The notes: generated by a model not told the origin, from the letters alone. A stretch of 64,000 nt of DNA from an uncultured Alphaproteobacteria bacterium (GCA_963778625.1 CAVZVB010000014.1:340849-404848); one strand, 5' to 3'. Numbered from the stretch's first letter, positions 44,258-57,807 are shown. Numbers and translations: made by a program.

Positions 44258-46072
44258 TCAGGCGTAGTGGTTGCGGATCACCGCCGCCGCGATTTCGGGA
44301 GAATCGATCACGCCGACGACGTCGTCCGGGCGCGGCACGGCGCCGGCCGGCTTCAGCACGATCGCAAAGCTGCGGTCGCGGCGGTTCATGCGGGTCACGA
44401 TCGTGTTCAGGATGCTCGTCTCCGGCGCGATCACGAAATCGGTGGAGACGATGTCGCGCAGAGTCTGCTTGCCGCGCGCCGGCTTATAGGGAACCGAGCC
44501 GAAACGGACGAAGCCGAGAATGCGGCCGTCGTCGGTGACGACGATATGCGCTCCGGGCTGCTCGCTGACCACCTTCAGCGCGGCCTCGACCTCCGTCTCG
44601 GCGGGGAGCACCACGAATCGCGTGCTCATCAGATCGCGCGCCTGCTGCACCAGGTACATGTTGGTGTGACGGATCGTCGGAATCGGGCGACCGCGGTTCC
44701 TGAGCTTGACCGTGTAGATGTTCTCGGTAATCAGCCAGCGGCGAACGCCGACCGAGAGCGCCACCGCGAGCACCAGCGGCACGATGACGTTGTAGTCGCG
44801 CGTCATCTCGAAGATCATCACGATCGCGGTCATCGAAGCGCCGGTCGCGCCGCCGACCACCGCGCCCATGCCGACCACGGCGAATTCCGGAATCGAGAAG
44901 CCGGCCGAGGGGTCGACGAACGCGCCGACCGCGCCAACCGCTCCGCCAAGCGACGCACCGATGAAGAGCGAAGGCGAGAAGACGCCGCCCGACGCGCCCG
45001 ACCCGAGACTGATCGCGGTTGCCAGAAGCTTGCCCAACAGCAAGGCGACGAAAAGCAGGAACGGGTACTGCCCGTCGCTGACGATCTCCTGGATGGTGGC
45101 GTAGCCGACGCCGGAGGTGTGCGGCTGGCCGGTCGTCAGCACGAAGCCGTAGCTCAACACCCCGATCAGAAGCATCCCGACGATGTTCTGCGTGTAGGCG
45201 TTGCCGGGGAGCGTCGGGAACAAATCCTCGCAATAGGCGAGAAACCGCACGAACGCCCAACATACCACTCCCGCGAGAACTCCGAGGATGGCGAAGGCGG
45301 CGAGCTGCAGCGCGTTGATCGCCTCCTGCGGATGCGCAAACGAGAGCGGCACGAAGAAGGCGGGATCGAGCCCGAAGGCGATGCGGCCGAAATAGGTGGC
45401 GGTCGCCGTCGCCACGACGACGGGAAGGAAGGTGCGCGGGCTCACCTCCGGCAGAAGCAGCTCGATGGCGAACATCACCCCGCCGAGCGGCGTGTTGAAG
45501 GTCGCCGAAATACCGGCACCGGCGCCGGCCGCAAGCAGCGTGATCTTCTGCCAGCGCGCCAGGTTCAAGGCGCGCGCGACGGTCGATCCGAAGGAGGCGC
45601 CGATCTGAATGATCGGCCCCTCACGGCCGACCGACGCGCCGCTGCCGATCGAGATCGCAGAGGCGATCGACTTCACCACCGCCACGATACCGCGGACGTT
45701 GCCGTTGTTGTGATAGACGGCGTACATCACCTCCGGCACGCCGTGGCCCTTCGCCTCGGGCGCAAAGGTCTGCACCAGAAACACGACGATCAGGCCGCCG
45801 ATCACCGGCGCCAGGATGATCAGCGCGCCGAACGGGCTCGCCGGCTCGAAGTGGTTGGCGTCGTAGTGGAAGGAGAGGATGCCGTTGAAGAAGAGGTTGT
45901 GCACCGCCGAGATCATGTAGCGGAAGACGACCGCGCCGGCGGCGGCGACGGCGCCGATCAGGAAGGCGACGACGCAAAGCACCGGGAGGGTGACCAACCG
46001 GTCTTGCGGCTCATTGTCGAGGACGGCGGTGGAAGAGCTGGTAATCTTCGCGTCGGCGGGCAGATCCGTCAC
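44258..46072 (-). CDS. ClC-family chloride channel/antiporter with C-terminal CBS pair
   Basis: GSGASVGREGPIIQIG, GGVMFAIELL and GVFSPSLFIGASLG motifs, with CBS domains at the C-terminus. 604 aa, intact. Confidence 0.9.
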   Translation of the reverse strand: MTDLPADAKITSSSTAVLDNEPQDRLVTLPVLCVVAFLIGAVAAAGAVVFRYMISAVHNLFFNGILSFHYDANHFEPASPFGALIILAPVIGGLIVVFLVQTFAPEAKGHGVPEVMYAVYHNNGNVRGIVAVVKSIASAISIGSGASVGREGPIIQIGASFGSTVARALNLARWQKITLLAAGAGAGISATFNTPLGGVMFAIELLLPEVSPRTFLPVVVATATATYFGRIAFGLDPAFFVPLSFAHPQEAINALQLAAFAILGVLAGVVCWAFVRFLAYCEDLFPTLPGNAYTQNIVGMLLIGVLSYGFVLTTGQPHTSGVGYATIQEIVSDGQYPFLLFVALLLGKLLATAISLGSGASGGVFSPSLFIGASLGGAVGAVGAFVDPSAGFSIPEFAVVGMGAVVGGATGASMTAIVMIFEMTRDYNVIVPLVLAVALSVGVRRWLITENIYTVKLRNRGRPIPTIRHTNMYLVQQARDLMSTRFVVLPAETEVEAALKVVSEQPGAHIVVTDDGRILGFVRFGSVPYKPARGKQTLRDIVSTDFVIAPETSILNTIVTRMNRRDRSFAIVLKPAGAVPRPDDVVGVIDSPEIAAAVIRNHYA

Positions 46073-46254
46073 TTTTCTTCCCTGTCACTTGACCCCGACG
46101 CAGGCAAAAAGCGCCGTCGGACGACAAGTGTCGTGCAGGAGAGGATGGCGGCGCCGGATGCCGGGAGGCCCGCCCCTCCTGCACCGTGGGCGTTGGCCGG
46201 TCAACGCGACAAACTGGACTTCCCGGGCTTAAGCGGTCCGCGGGCGCCGGCCGG

Positions 46255-46791
46255 CTAACGACCCTTCCACGCCACGATCAGCGGGCCTTGCGGGCCGGAG
46301 ACCGGATCGCCGTTCGGCAGCGCCAGCGTGGCGATCAGGCGCCTGGCCTCGCCGAGCGGATATTCGCCCGGCCGCGTGATCCGGCCGCTCTGGCCGGGCG
46401 GATAGCCGCCGACCACGGTGAAACCGCCGCGCTTCTCCGAGAGCCGCTTGTGGCCGACGCCGGCCGGGATCGCGACCACGTCGCCGGCGCGGAACGTGAC
46501 CTTGATGCCGCCGTCGCCGCCGAAACCGATCTCCGCCTCGCCGGCGACGCAGGCCAGCGCCTCGTGGCCGGTCACATGGAAGTGCCAATAATCGAAGACG
46601 CCGTCGACCCAGTTCCCGACCCAGTCGTTCCTGCGAAAGAGCGCCTGGGCTGCGCTCGGCGTCTGAAGCGCGGGCGACAGCGCCTGCGGATAGAGGAGAA
46701 GCGGGAGCGCATTGTTCGGAATCTCGCCGTCGGGCGCGAAAACGAAGGATTGCACCGTGTCAGACACGGGGGGACCTCCCCGGATTTCCAA
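46255..46791 (-). CDS. cupin-domain protein
   Basis: HFHVTGHEALACVAGEAEIGFGGDGGIKVTFRAGDVVAIPAGVGHK, a bicupin-like motif. 178 aa. Confidence 0.7.
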   Translation of the reverse strand: MEIRGGPPVSDTVQSFVFAPDGEIPNNALPLLLYPQALSPALQTPSAAQALFRRNDWVGNWVDGVFDYWHFHVTGHEALACVAGEAEIGFGGDGGIKVTFRAGDVVAIPAGVGHKRLSEKRGGFTVVGGYPPGQSGRITRPGEYPLGEARRLIATLALPNGDPVSGPQGPLIVAWKGR

Positions 46792-46893
46792 GCGTCGCCT
46801 CAGCCTAGCGCGAAAGGCAGCTCTGCGCTCCCCAGCCTTGCATCATCTCTTGGCGGATGGCACGGCGCTCGTCCAAGAACATGGGAGGGGCGC

Positions 46894-47640
46894 ATGGAGA
46901 AGATCGCAATTGTCACCGGCGGCGGCCGCGGTATCGGCGCCGCGACCTGCCTTCTCCTCGGGTCGGCAGGATATTCGGTCGTCGTCAACTACGCGCGCGA
47001 TGCGAAGGCGGCGGCGTCCGTCGCCGCATCGGTGGAGAAGGCCGGCGGCAAGGCGATAGCCGTTCAAGCGGACGTCGCCAGCGAGGCCGATGTCCTCAAG
47101 CTCTTCCGCGCCTGCGACGATGCGTTCGGGGCCCTCACCGCGCTCGTCAACAATGCGGGGACGCTCAACCCGCAGAGCCAGCTTGCCGACGTGACGGCGG
47201 AGGGCGTCTCGCGCGTGCTCGCGGTCAACGTGCTCGGCTCGATCCTCTGCGCCCGCGAGGCGGTCCGGCGAATGTCAACCGCGAAGGGCGGCAAAGGCGG
47301 CGCTATCGTGAACATCTCATCCGTCGCCGCGCGGCTCGGCGCGCCCAACGAATACATCGACTACGCGGCCTCGAAGGGCGCCATCGATACACTGACCATA
47401 GGGCTCGCGCGCGAGGTGGCGGCGGAGGGCATTCGAGTGAACGCCGTCAGCCCGGGGCTGATCGATACGGAAATCCACGCAAGCGGCGGCGATCCGGAGC
47501 GGCCGGAGCGGCTCCGCTCAATGATACCAATGCAGCGGGTCGGCACGGCCAAGGAAGTGGCAGAAGCGATCGTCTGGCTCCTCTCCGATCCAGCTTCCTA
47601 CGTCACCGGCGCCATTTTGGACGTGACGGGCGGGCGCTGA
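46894..47640 (+). CDS. SDR-family oxidoreductase
   Basis: Internal ATG of ORF 46186..47640: MEKIAIVTGGGRGIGAATCLLLGSAGYSVVVNYARD...NNAG...SSVAARLGAPNEYIDYAASKGAID (TGxxxGxG and YxxxK). Confidence 0.9.
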   Translation: MEKIAIVTGGGRGIGAATCLLLGSAGYSVVVNYARDAKAAASVAASVEKAGGKAIAVQADVASEADVLKLFRACDDAFGALTALVNNAGTLNPQSQLADVTAEGVSRVLAVNVLGSILCAREAVRRMSTAKGGKGGAIVNISSVAARLGAPNEYIDYAASKGAIDTLTIGLAREVAAEGIRVNAVSPGLIDTEIHASGGDPERPERLRSMIPMQRVGTAKEVAEAIVWLLSDPASYVTGAILDVTGGR

Positions 47641-47771
47641 GAGACGGAAAAGGCGCCGCTCCAACCCTATATTCATCACGGGCGTCCTCGCCGGACTTCC
47701 AAGCCTCGCGCCCGCCGCCCCGTTGCCCTATTGTTCTCCGAAGCTTTCGAATCGTGCGCCATCGAAACGAG

Positions 47772-50145
47772 ATGACGGAAATCGCTCACCGCGAAGACCC
47801 GGCCGACCTCCCCGTGCCCCGCGCCCGGGCGGCATCGCGGCGCGCGCGCTCGCCGGCAGCGCCAAGCCGTGGCTCGAAAAGCTCAACCCGGAGCAGCTCA
47901 AGGCGGTCGAGCATACCGACGGGCCGCTCCTCGTTCTTGCCGGTGCAGGCACCGGTAAGACGCGCGTCCTGACGGCGCGGATCGCGCACATCCTCGCGAC
48001 CGGCCGCGCCTTCCCCTCGCAAATCCTCGCCGTCACCTTCACCAACAAGGCGGCGCGCGAGATGAAGAGCCGCGTCGCCGGCCTGATCGGCGAAGGCCGC
48101 GCCGAGGGCATGCCGTGGCTCGGCACCTTCCATTCGATCGGCGTGAAGATCCTGCGCCGGCACGCCGAAATGGTGGGCCTCAGAACCGATTTCACCATCC
48201 TCGACACCGACGACCAGATCAGGCTCTTGAAGCAGATCATCACCGCCAACAACATCGACGAGAAGCGCTGGCCGGCGCGCCAGCTCGCCGGGGCCATCGA
48301 CGGCTGGAAGAATCGCGGGCTGACGCCCGACAAGATTCCCGACGGCGAGGCCTACGCTTATGCGAACGGCAAGGGCCGCGAGCTCTACGCGGAATATCAG
48401 CAGCGGCTGAAGACGCTGAACGCCGCCGATTTCGGCGACCTGCTGCTCGAATGCCTGAGACTCTTCCGCGGGCAGCCGGACGTGCTCGCCGATTTCCAGA
48501 AGCGCTTCCGCTACATGCTGGTCGACGAATACCAGGACACCAACGTCGCGCAGTATCTGTGGCTGCGGCTCCTCGCGCAGGGCAACCCGAAGCCGAACAT
48601 CTGCTGCGTCGGCGACGACGACCAATCGATCTACGGCTGGCGCGGTGCGGAGGTCGACAACATCCTGCGCTTCGAGCGCGACTTCCCCGGCGCGACGGTG
48701 ATCCGGCTTGAGCGGAACTACCGCTCGACCGGCCATATCCTCGCCGCCGCCTCCGGCCTTATCGCGCATAACGAAGGCCGGCTCGGGAAGACGCTCTTCA
48801 CCGATACGGCCGAGATGGGCGCGCGGGTCGCCGTCACCTCCGGCTGGGATTCTTCGGAGGAGGCGCGCGCCGTCGGCGAGGACATCGAGCAGCTGCAGCG
48901 GCAGGGCGTCTCGCTCAACGACATGGCGATCCTGGTGCGCGCCTCCTACCAGATGCGCGAGTTCGAAGACCGCTTCATCACGCTCGGGCTCAACTATCGC
49001 GTCATCGGCGGCCCGCGCTTCTACGAGCGCATGGAGATTCGCGACGCGCTCGCCTATCTCCGCGCGACCGTGAACCCGGCCGACGACCTCGCCTTCGAGC
49101 GCATCGTCAACACGCCGAAGCGAGGCTTGGGCGCCTCCACTATCCAGCTCATCCATTCGCACGCGCGCGCCCGCAATGTCCCGCTGATGGCGGCGGCGGG
49201 CGAGCTGGTGCTGACGGAGGAGATCAAAGCGAAGCAGCGGCAGGCGCTCTCCGATCTCCTGAAGAGCTTTTCGCGCTGGTCGAGCCTCGTCGAAACGACG
49301 CGCCACATCGATCTCGCCGAGATGATCCTAGAGGAGTCAGGCTACACGGAGATGTGGCAGATGGACCGCTCGGCGGAGGCGCCGGGGCGGCTGGAGAACC
49401 TCAAAGAGCTCGTCAACAACATGGGAGAATACGATTCCCTCCCCGCGTTCCTGGAGCATGTCGCGCTGGTGATGGACGCGGAGCGCGGCGAGAACGACGA
49501 GGCCGTCTCCATCATGACGCTGCATTCGGCCAAGGGGCTGGAGTTCGACATTGTCTACCTCCCCGGCTGGGAGGAAGGCCTTTTCCCCTCGCAGCGCACG
49601 ATCGACGAGAGCGGCAAGGCCGGGTTGGAAGAGGAGCGCCGGCTCGCTTATGTCGGGCTGACGCGGGCGCGTAAGCAGGCGAAGATCTGGTTCGTCTCCA
49701 ACCGCCGCACGCACGGGCTCTGGCAATCGACGGTGCCGTCGCGCTTCCTCGACGACCTGCCGGAGGCGCATGTCGAGGTGTCGGAGCCGGCAAGCTACGG
49801 CGGCTACGGTGCGGGGGGGATGGGGGGCTACGGCACCTCGCGCTTCGACAACATGGAGCCGTTCAACTCCGCCTACCGCACGCCCGGCTGGCAGCGGGCG
49901 CAGACCAACCGCGGCAAAGTCCGATCCGCGCAAGCGCGTGGAGCGCGAGCCGGTGACGATCGAAGGCGAGCTTGTGGCGCGTAGCGTCATCGGCGGCAAT
50001 CGCGCGCTTCTCGACCGGCGACCGCGTGTTCCACCAAAAATTCGGGCCGGGCACCGTCGCCGCCGTCGATGGCAACAAGCTCACGGTCGATTTCGACAAG
50101 GCCGGGCAGAAGCGGGTGGTGGATAGCTTTGTCGAGGCGGCTTGA
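47772..50145 (+). CDS. uvrD: ATP-dependent DNA helicase UvrD/Rep family (frameshifts at N- and C-termini)
   Basis: LVLAGAGTGKTRVLTARIAHIL, FTNKAAREMKSR, MLVDEYQDTN, TLHSAKGLEFDIVYLPG and VGLTRARK in ORF 47723..49984. N-terminus MTEIAHRE and C-terminus VFHQKFGPGTVAAVDGNKLTVDFDKAGQKRVVDSFVEAA lie in other frames. Confidence 0.85.
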
Positions 50146-50196
50146 AGCGACTTCGTCCGGTTTGAAACGACCACGTTTCAGGACTAGATTTGCGAC

Positions 50197-50415
50197 ATGG
50201 CAAAGCTGAGCAAGAGGCTTGAAGATGAACTCTTCCGGGAAAATCCCGAGATGAGGGAGAAGGGCTTGCGCCCCGAAATTGTCTGGGTACCCGATACCGA
50301 GGCGCCCGGATTTCGAGAAGGGCTGAACAGACAGCTCGCGGCCATCCGAAACAGCCCTGGCGAAAAGGAACTCCTGGACTGGATGGAAAAGGTCGCCGAT
50401 TGGCCGACCGATTGA
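50197..50415 (+). CDS. DUF3018-family antitoxin (MazE-like)
   Basis: MAKLSKRLEDELFRENPEMREKGLRPEIVWVPDTEAPGFREGLNRQLAAIRNSPGEKELLDWMEKVADWPTD. It overlaps the downstream toxin gene. Confidence 0.7.
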   Translation: MAKLSKRLEDELFRENPEMREKGLRPEIVWVPDTEAPGFREGLNRQLAAIRNSPGEKELLDWMEKVADWPTD

Positions 50416-50753
50416 AGCGCGGTGACGTTCTGATCGTCTCGGCGCCGGGCGAGTATGGAAAGCCCCGACCTTCGGTGGTCGTGCAGGCGAATTTTCAGGA
50501 ACCCATCGAAAGCGTCGTCATCTGTCTGATGACAACCGATCTTATTGAGCCCGGCCCGGTCAGGCCGAACGTTCTGCCATCACACGAGAATGGCCTCCGG
50601 GCTGAATTGCAGGTCATGGTCGACAAGGTGATGGCGGTCCATCTCAGTCGGTGCGGCTCGAAGGTCGGCACCTTGTCGCCGTCGGACATGCAAGCCGTCG
50701 ATCAGGCGCTTGGCATCGTCCTGGGGCTCACCGTTCGGTCTCGCATCAATTGA
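50400..50753 (+). CDS. type II toxin PemK/MazF family endoribonuclease
   Basis: LKRGDVLIVSAPGEYGKPRPSVVVQANFQE...SVVICLMTTDL...LSPSDMQAVDQALGIVLGL. Start is TTG/GTG-type. Confidence 0.8.
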   Translation: MADRLKRGDVLIVSAPGEYGKPRPSVVVQANFQEPIESVVICLMTTDLIEPGPVRPNVLPSHENGLRAELQVMVDKVMAVHLSRCGSKVGTLSPSDMQAVDQALGIVLGLTVRSRIN

Positions 50754-50754
50754 G

Positions 50755-50872
50755 GGGACCTCGTGCCCGGCGGTGCGCGCGCCCGTCTCGTAGGCGCTCG
50801 CCAAGGCGCGGCAGAACCGCTCCGGGCTCCGGTCCGGATGCCCCTGGATTATAACGATATGCTTCGCCATGC
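50755..50872 (-). pseudogene. 5' remnant (~38 codons) of flavodoxin-like NAD(P)H-dependent oxidoreductase gene, truncated at the mazF stop
   Basis: Reverse translation gives MAKHIVIIQGHPDRSPERFCRALASAYETGARTAGHEV, a typical Flavodoxin_2/NAD(P)H-quinone-oxidoreductase N-terminus. The reading frame then runs into the antisense of mazF. Confidence 0.5.
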
Positions 50873-50898
50873 CGTCCCCTCGACAATCGGGCCGTTGT

Positions 50899-51825
50899 AT
50901 GAGGGTTCGCCGGCCGGCTCGAATTGATGTGTCGCGAGGAACGGAGGCTCCGCGATTGACCCTCAGGGCAACCTTCACCGCCGCCTTTCCGGAGGCGCGG
51001 CGCATCTCGAATTTTCTGGAGCGCGACTATTGCGATGCGGGCGTCGTCGTGTCGCTCGACGAGCGGAGCGACGGGCAATGGTCGGTCGACGCCTATTTCG
51101 AGGACGGCGGCGCGGAAGAGATTACGGAGAGGCTGCGCGATTGGCTTGGCGCCGATGCCTTTGGCGTGCCGTTCAACGTCGAGGCGCTGCCGGAGACGGA
51201 CTGGGTGAGCGCCGGGCTCAAGGTTTTGAAACCGATCGCGGCCGGCCGCTTCCTCCTGCACGGCAGCCATGACCGCTGGCACGTTCCGGCCAGCGCCATG
51301 CGGATCGAGATCGACGCCGGACGGGCGTTCGGCACCGGCCACCATCCGACGACGACCGGGATTCTTCGCGTTCTCGATCGGCTGACGCGCCGGCGCCGCT
51401 TTCTGCGCCCGCTCGATCTCGGGACCGGCTCCGGCGTGCTTGCGATCGCGATGGCGAAGGTGCTCCGGCGTCCGGTCGTTGCGACCGATATCGATCCGGT
51501 CGCAATCGCGGTCGCGCTGGAGAATGCACGACGAAACGGCGTTGCCGGGCTATTGCGCCTCGCAGTCGCGCCCGGCGTCGAGGCGCGCCTCATCCGCGAC
51601 CACGCGCCCTTCGATCTCGTCGCCGCCAACATTCTCGCCGAGCCGCTCTGCCAGTTGGCGCCGCGGCTTGCGCCCTTCATTGCGAAGGGCGGGACGCTGG
51701 TGCTTTCCGGGCTCCTGTTGCATCAGCGCGAGCGCGTCGCCGCCGCCTATCGAGCGCAAGGATTGCGGCTGACGAAAGCACATATCTTTGGCGGCTGGTC
51801 GGTGCTGGCGTTCAACAAGCCCTGA
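50899..51825 (+). CDS. prmA: ribosomal protein L11 methyltransferase
   Basis: TLRATFTAAFPEARRISNFLERDYCDAGVVVSLDERSDGQWSVDAYFEDGG ... LDLGTGSGVLAIAMAKV...ATDIDPVAIAVA. Start codon is uncertain (ATG 50899, GTG 50929 or TTG 50956). Confidence 0.8.
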   Translation: MRVRRPARIDVSRGTEAPRLTLRATFTAAFPEARRISNFLERDYCDAGVVVSLDERSDGQWSVDAYFEDGGAEEITERLRDWLGADAFGVPFNVEALPETDWVSAGLKVLKPIAAGRFLLHGSHDRWHVPASAMRIEIDAGRAFGTGHHPTTTGILRVLDRLTRRRRFLRPLDLGTGSGVLAIAMAKVLRRPVVATDIDPVAIAVALENARRNGVAGLLRLAVAPGVEARLIRDHAPFDLVAANILAEPLCQLAPRLAPFIAKGGTLVLSGLLLHQRERVAAAYRAQGLRLTKAHIFGGWSVLAFNKP

Positions 51826-51876
51826 ACGCGTCGTCCGCGTGGCAATCCCGAACCGCGCCATGCTAAGGAGCGCGCC

Positions 51877-53729
51877 ATGTTCCAGAGCTATATCGACAGC
51901 GCCGATCCGACCAAGGGCGCCGAGCGCGCGAAAGCGCTCCGCGCCAAGCTGAAAGAAATGCAGCTCGACGGCTTCATCGTGCCGCGCGCCGACGAGCACC
52001 AGGGCGAGTATGTGCCGAAGGCGTCGGAGCGCCTGGCCTGGCTCACCGGCTTCACCGGCTCGGCCGGAACCGCGGTCGTGCTCGCGGACAGGGCAGCGAT
52101 CTTCGTCGACGGGCGCTATACGCTGCAGGTGCCCGAGCAGGTCGACACGGAAGTCTTCACGCCGGTCGCGGTGATGGAGACGTCGGTCGCCGAGTGGCTG
52201 AAGACGACCGTCGCGACGGGACAGCGCATCGGCTTCGACCCCTGGCTGATGACCCGCACGCAGGTGCGCCAGATCAGGAAGGGCTTGGAGGCTGCCGGCG
52301 CGGAGCTCGTCGCCGTCGAGGAGAACCCGATCGACGCGGTGTGGGACAACAGGCCCGGACCGCCACTTGCCGCAGTCTTCGAGCAGCCCGAAGCGCTCGC
52401 CGGCAAGCCGGTCGAAGAGAAGATCGCCGAGGCGAGCAAGATCGTCGCTGAGAAGGACGCCGACGCCGCAATCTTGACGGACCCGGCATCGATCGCCTGG
52501 CTCTTCAACATCCGCGGCAACGACATTGCGCATACGCCCTCGCCGCTCGCCTTCGCCGCAATCCACGCCGACGGCCGGCCGGAGCTCTTCATCGACGGGC
52601 GCAAGCTGTCGAACGCCATGCGTGACCGGCTGGAGGGCTTCGCCGACGTACGTGAAGCCCGCGATTTCTCCGCGCGACTGACGGCTCTTGGGGGCGAGAA
52701 CCGGAAGGTGCTCGTCGACCCTCAGGGATCGGCGGAGGCCGTCGCGCGGCTCGTCGAAGATGGTGGTGGCACGATCGTTGAGTCTGCCGATCCGGTGGCG
52801 CTGCCGAAGGCGAAGAAGAATCAGGCGGAGCTTCAAGGCGCGCGCGCGGCGCATGTCCGCGACGGCGTCGCCATGGCGCGCTTCCTTCGCTTCGTCGAGA
52901 CGAGCGCGCCAGGGTCGCTTACCGAAATCGATGCGGCGAAGGCGCTCGAAACCTTTCGCGCCGAGACTGCCGCGGAAGTCCGGCACGCCGCTCGCCGATC
53001 TCGCTTTCGATGCGATCTCGTCGACCGGCCCGAACGGCGCCATCAACCACTATCGCGTCACCGAGCGAACCAACCGCCGGCTCGAAGAGGGCGATCTCTA
53101 TCTGATCGATTCCGGCGGCCAATATCAGGACGGCACCACAGACGTCACGCGAACCGTGCCGATCGGCCAGCCTTCGCGCGCGAGGCTCGACCTTTTCCGC
53201 GACCGTTTCACCCGCGTGCTTCGCGGCCACATCGCGATCGCGATCGCGCGCTTCCCGAAGGGGACGACCGGAGCGCAACTCGATCCGTTCGCGCGCCACG
53301 CGCTCTGGCAGGCCGGCCTCGACTTCGACCACGGCACCGGCCACGGCGTCGGCTCCTATCTTTCCGTGCACGAGGGGCCGCAGCGGATCGCCAAGGCCGG
53401 CCACGCGCCGCTTGAGCCGGGCATGATCATCTCCAACGAGCCCGGTTACTACCGCGCCGGCGATTTCGGCATCCGCATCGAGAACCTCGTCGTCGTGCGC
53501 GAGGCGGAGCCGGTGCCGGGCGGCGACCGGCCGATGCACTCCTTCGAGACGATCACGCTCAGCCCCATCGACCGAAGGCTGATCGATCCGCTCCTGATGA
53601 TCGCCGGCGGAGATTGCCTGGCTCGACGCGTATCATGCGCGCGTCTTCGGCGCGCTCTCAGGCTGGCCGACGCTCTCAAGCGAAGACCGCGCCTGGCTTG
53701 AAGCGGCGTGCCGGCCGATCGTCGGCTAG
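51877..53729 (+). CDS. pepP: aminopeptidase P family protein (M24) (two frameshifts)
   Basis: Creatinase_N-like N-terminus (ORF 51877..53415), M24 core GTPLADLAFDAISSTGPNGAINHYRV...DSGGQYQDGTTDVTRT...HGTGHGVGSYLSVHEGP...ISNEPGYY (ORF 52688..53701), and C-terminus ...WLEAACRPIVG* in a third frame. Confidence 0.85.
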
Positions 53730-54641
53730 GCGAACAGCTCCGTGGCGGCGGCCGCGCCGCGGGTGACGCTGACCAGCCAGCGCGCCACGCGGCGCGCCGG
53801 GACGCTCAGTTCCTCCGCGTCGGCATAGAGAAGATAGTAGGCGCATCCGCTCTCATCGGCCGTGCCGAACGGCGCGGCGAGATCGCCATCGGCGAGCCAG
53901 GCGTCGACCAGGGGGCGCCGGCCGATCGCCACGCCCAGCCCCTCCGATGCGGCGCGCAGAATCTGCTCCGCGCCGTCGAGTGCCAGCGCGCCGTCAAGCG
54001 ACGGCGGCTCGAGCCCGTGCGCTTGCGCCCACTCGCGCCATTCCTCTCGGTACGAGGCTTCGACGATCAAACGGGCGGTGCCGAGCGCCGTCTGCGGATC
54101 CATGCCCTCAGAGAGCAGCCCCGGGCGGCAGACCGGAAACGCCTGCTCGTCGAACAGATGGTGCGCGGCGTAACCGGGCCAGTGGCCCTTGCCATAGCGG
54201 ATCGCCAAGTCGATCTGCTCGCGCCTCAGGTCGACGACCCGGCCGGTCGGCACCATCTGCACGTTCACCTCGGGCAGCGCGGCCTCCAGCTGCGCCAGCC
54301 GTGGAATCAGCCAAAGCGTGGCGAGCGACGTCGTCAGCGTGAGCGAGACGCGGCAGCAGGGTCCGCCAAGCGCTTCGGTGGCGCGGCGGATGCGCGCGAA
54401 GGCCGGGTCGATCTCCTCGAAATAGGTCTGTCCGGCGAGCGTCAGCCTGACGGCGTTTCCGGCGCGATCGAAGAGCCGCACGCCGAGATAGTCCTCAAGC
54501 TTGCGGACCTGATGGCTGATCGCCGATTTCGGAAAGGCCGAGCGCTTCGGCGGCCTCGCGAAAGCGGCCGAAGCGGGCCGCCGCGTGGAAGCTCCGCAGC
54601 GCGTGGAGCGGCGGAAGCTGGGAAAGCCGCTCTTCCGACAT
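53726..54641 (-). CDS. LysR-family transcriptional regulator (frameshift in HTH region)
   Basis: N-terminus MSEERLSQLPPLHALRSFHAAARFGRFREAAEAL (HTH) is out of frame with the LysR_substrate body in ORF 53726..54481. Confidence 0.8.
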
Positions 54642-54779
54642 GGGCACCTCCAGCATGAATGCCGTTCATGCAGCCTTGCATACCACGCGTTGGTGATCTC
54701 AGGCTATTTCACATAGATATCACTCTCAAGACGGCAGATGGAAGCCGGTTTTGATGAACGGCATTCAAGGAGAGAAGCC

Positions 54780-55022
54780 ATGAACCCCCTCTCGAAATTC
54801 CTGGAATGGCGCCGCAGGCGGATGGCGGTTCGCGATCTCAGAGCGTTGCCGCCGGAGCTTCTTCTCGACATCGGGATCGAGCCCGATCAGGTCGGCGCCG
54901 TCGCTTTGGCGGCGTTCAACAATCGCGGGGCGCGAATGCCATCGAGATTCGACGCTCCGGCGTTCGCCACGCCGGGTCTTTCAAACAGCGCCTGGCCGTA
55001 TCCCTCGCGGCAGAGCCGCTGA
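54780..55022 (+). CDS. DUF1127 small protein
   Basis: MNPLSKFLEWRRRRMAVRDLRALPPELLLDIGIEPDQV... matches the DUF1127 signature W..RR......L..L.D..L.DIGI. Confidence 0.65.
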   Translation: MNPLSKFLEWRRRRMAVRDLRALPPELLLDIGIEPDQVGAVALAAFNNRGARMPSRFDAPAFATPGLSNSAWPYPSRQSR

Positions 55023-55060
55023 AGGCACAAGGAGCGCGGCCGCCGCCGGCAGCGGCCGTT

Positions 55061-55519
55061 CTACTCGCCCTTCAATATCTTGCTCAAAACCCAGGGATCA
55101 TCCGGATTGCCAGAGGCGATGTCGTCGATCTTCCAGGCGCCACCCTCGCGGACGAAGCTGTAGGTCAGCTCGGTCTGGTAGTCGAAGTTCGTGAACTCCA
55201 CGACGATTGTCGCCTGGTCGCCAGCGACCGTCTCAGAAGCGATCGCGACGTCCTTGATCTCGTAATCCTGCGCGGAGATGAACGGATCGAAGTCGAGCAT
55301 GCCGACCTCGTCGGGGCTCGAGCGCGCATTGTAATCGTCGAAGAGCTTGTTGAGCCGCCCGGTCAGGATCGCCGGGTTGTCTTCGATCGGCGTGATGTTC
55401 AGCTGCGGATCGAGGTAGTGCCTGTAGATGTCGTTGACGACGTCGGAAGGGTCGTCGGCTTGCGCCGGCTGCGCTGCGAAAGCGGAGAACAGGACAAGGG
55501 CGAAAGCCACGGCACGCAT
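55061..55519 (-). CDS. secreted hypothetical protein (DUF3828-like)
   Basis: Signal peptide MRAVAFALVLFSAFAAQPAQA. The mature part is acidic, 152 aa. Confidence 0.5.
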   Translation of the reverse strand: MRAVAFALVLFSAFAAQPAQADDPSDVVNDIYRHYLDPQLNITPIEDNPAILTGRLNKLFDDYNARSSPDEVGMLDFDPFISAQDYEIKDVAIASETVAGDQATIVVEFTNFDYQTELTYSFVREGGAWKIDDIASGNPDDPWVLSKILKGE

Positions 55520-55551
55520 CTGCAGACCTCACAAGCGAGACGTCCGCATCA

Positions 55552-57807
<2,256 letters not shown>

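Noticed and set aside
44177-46258. 693-aa plus-strand ORF
   Set aside because: Antisense of the ClC channel gene.
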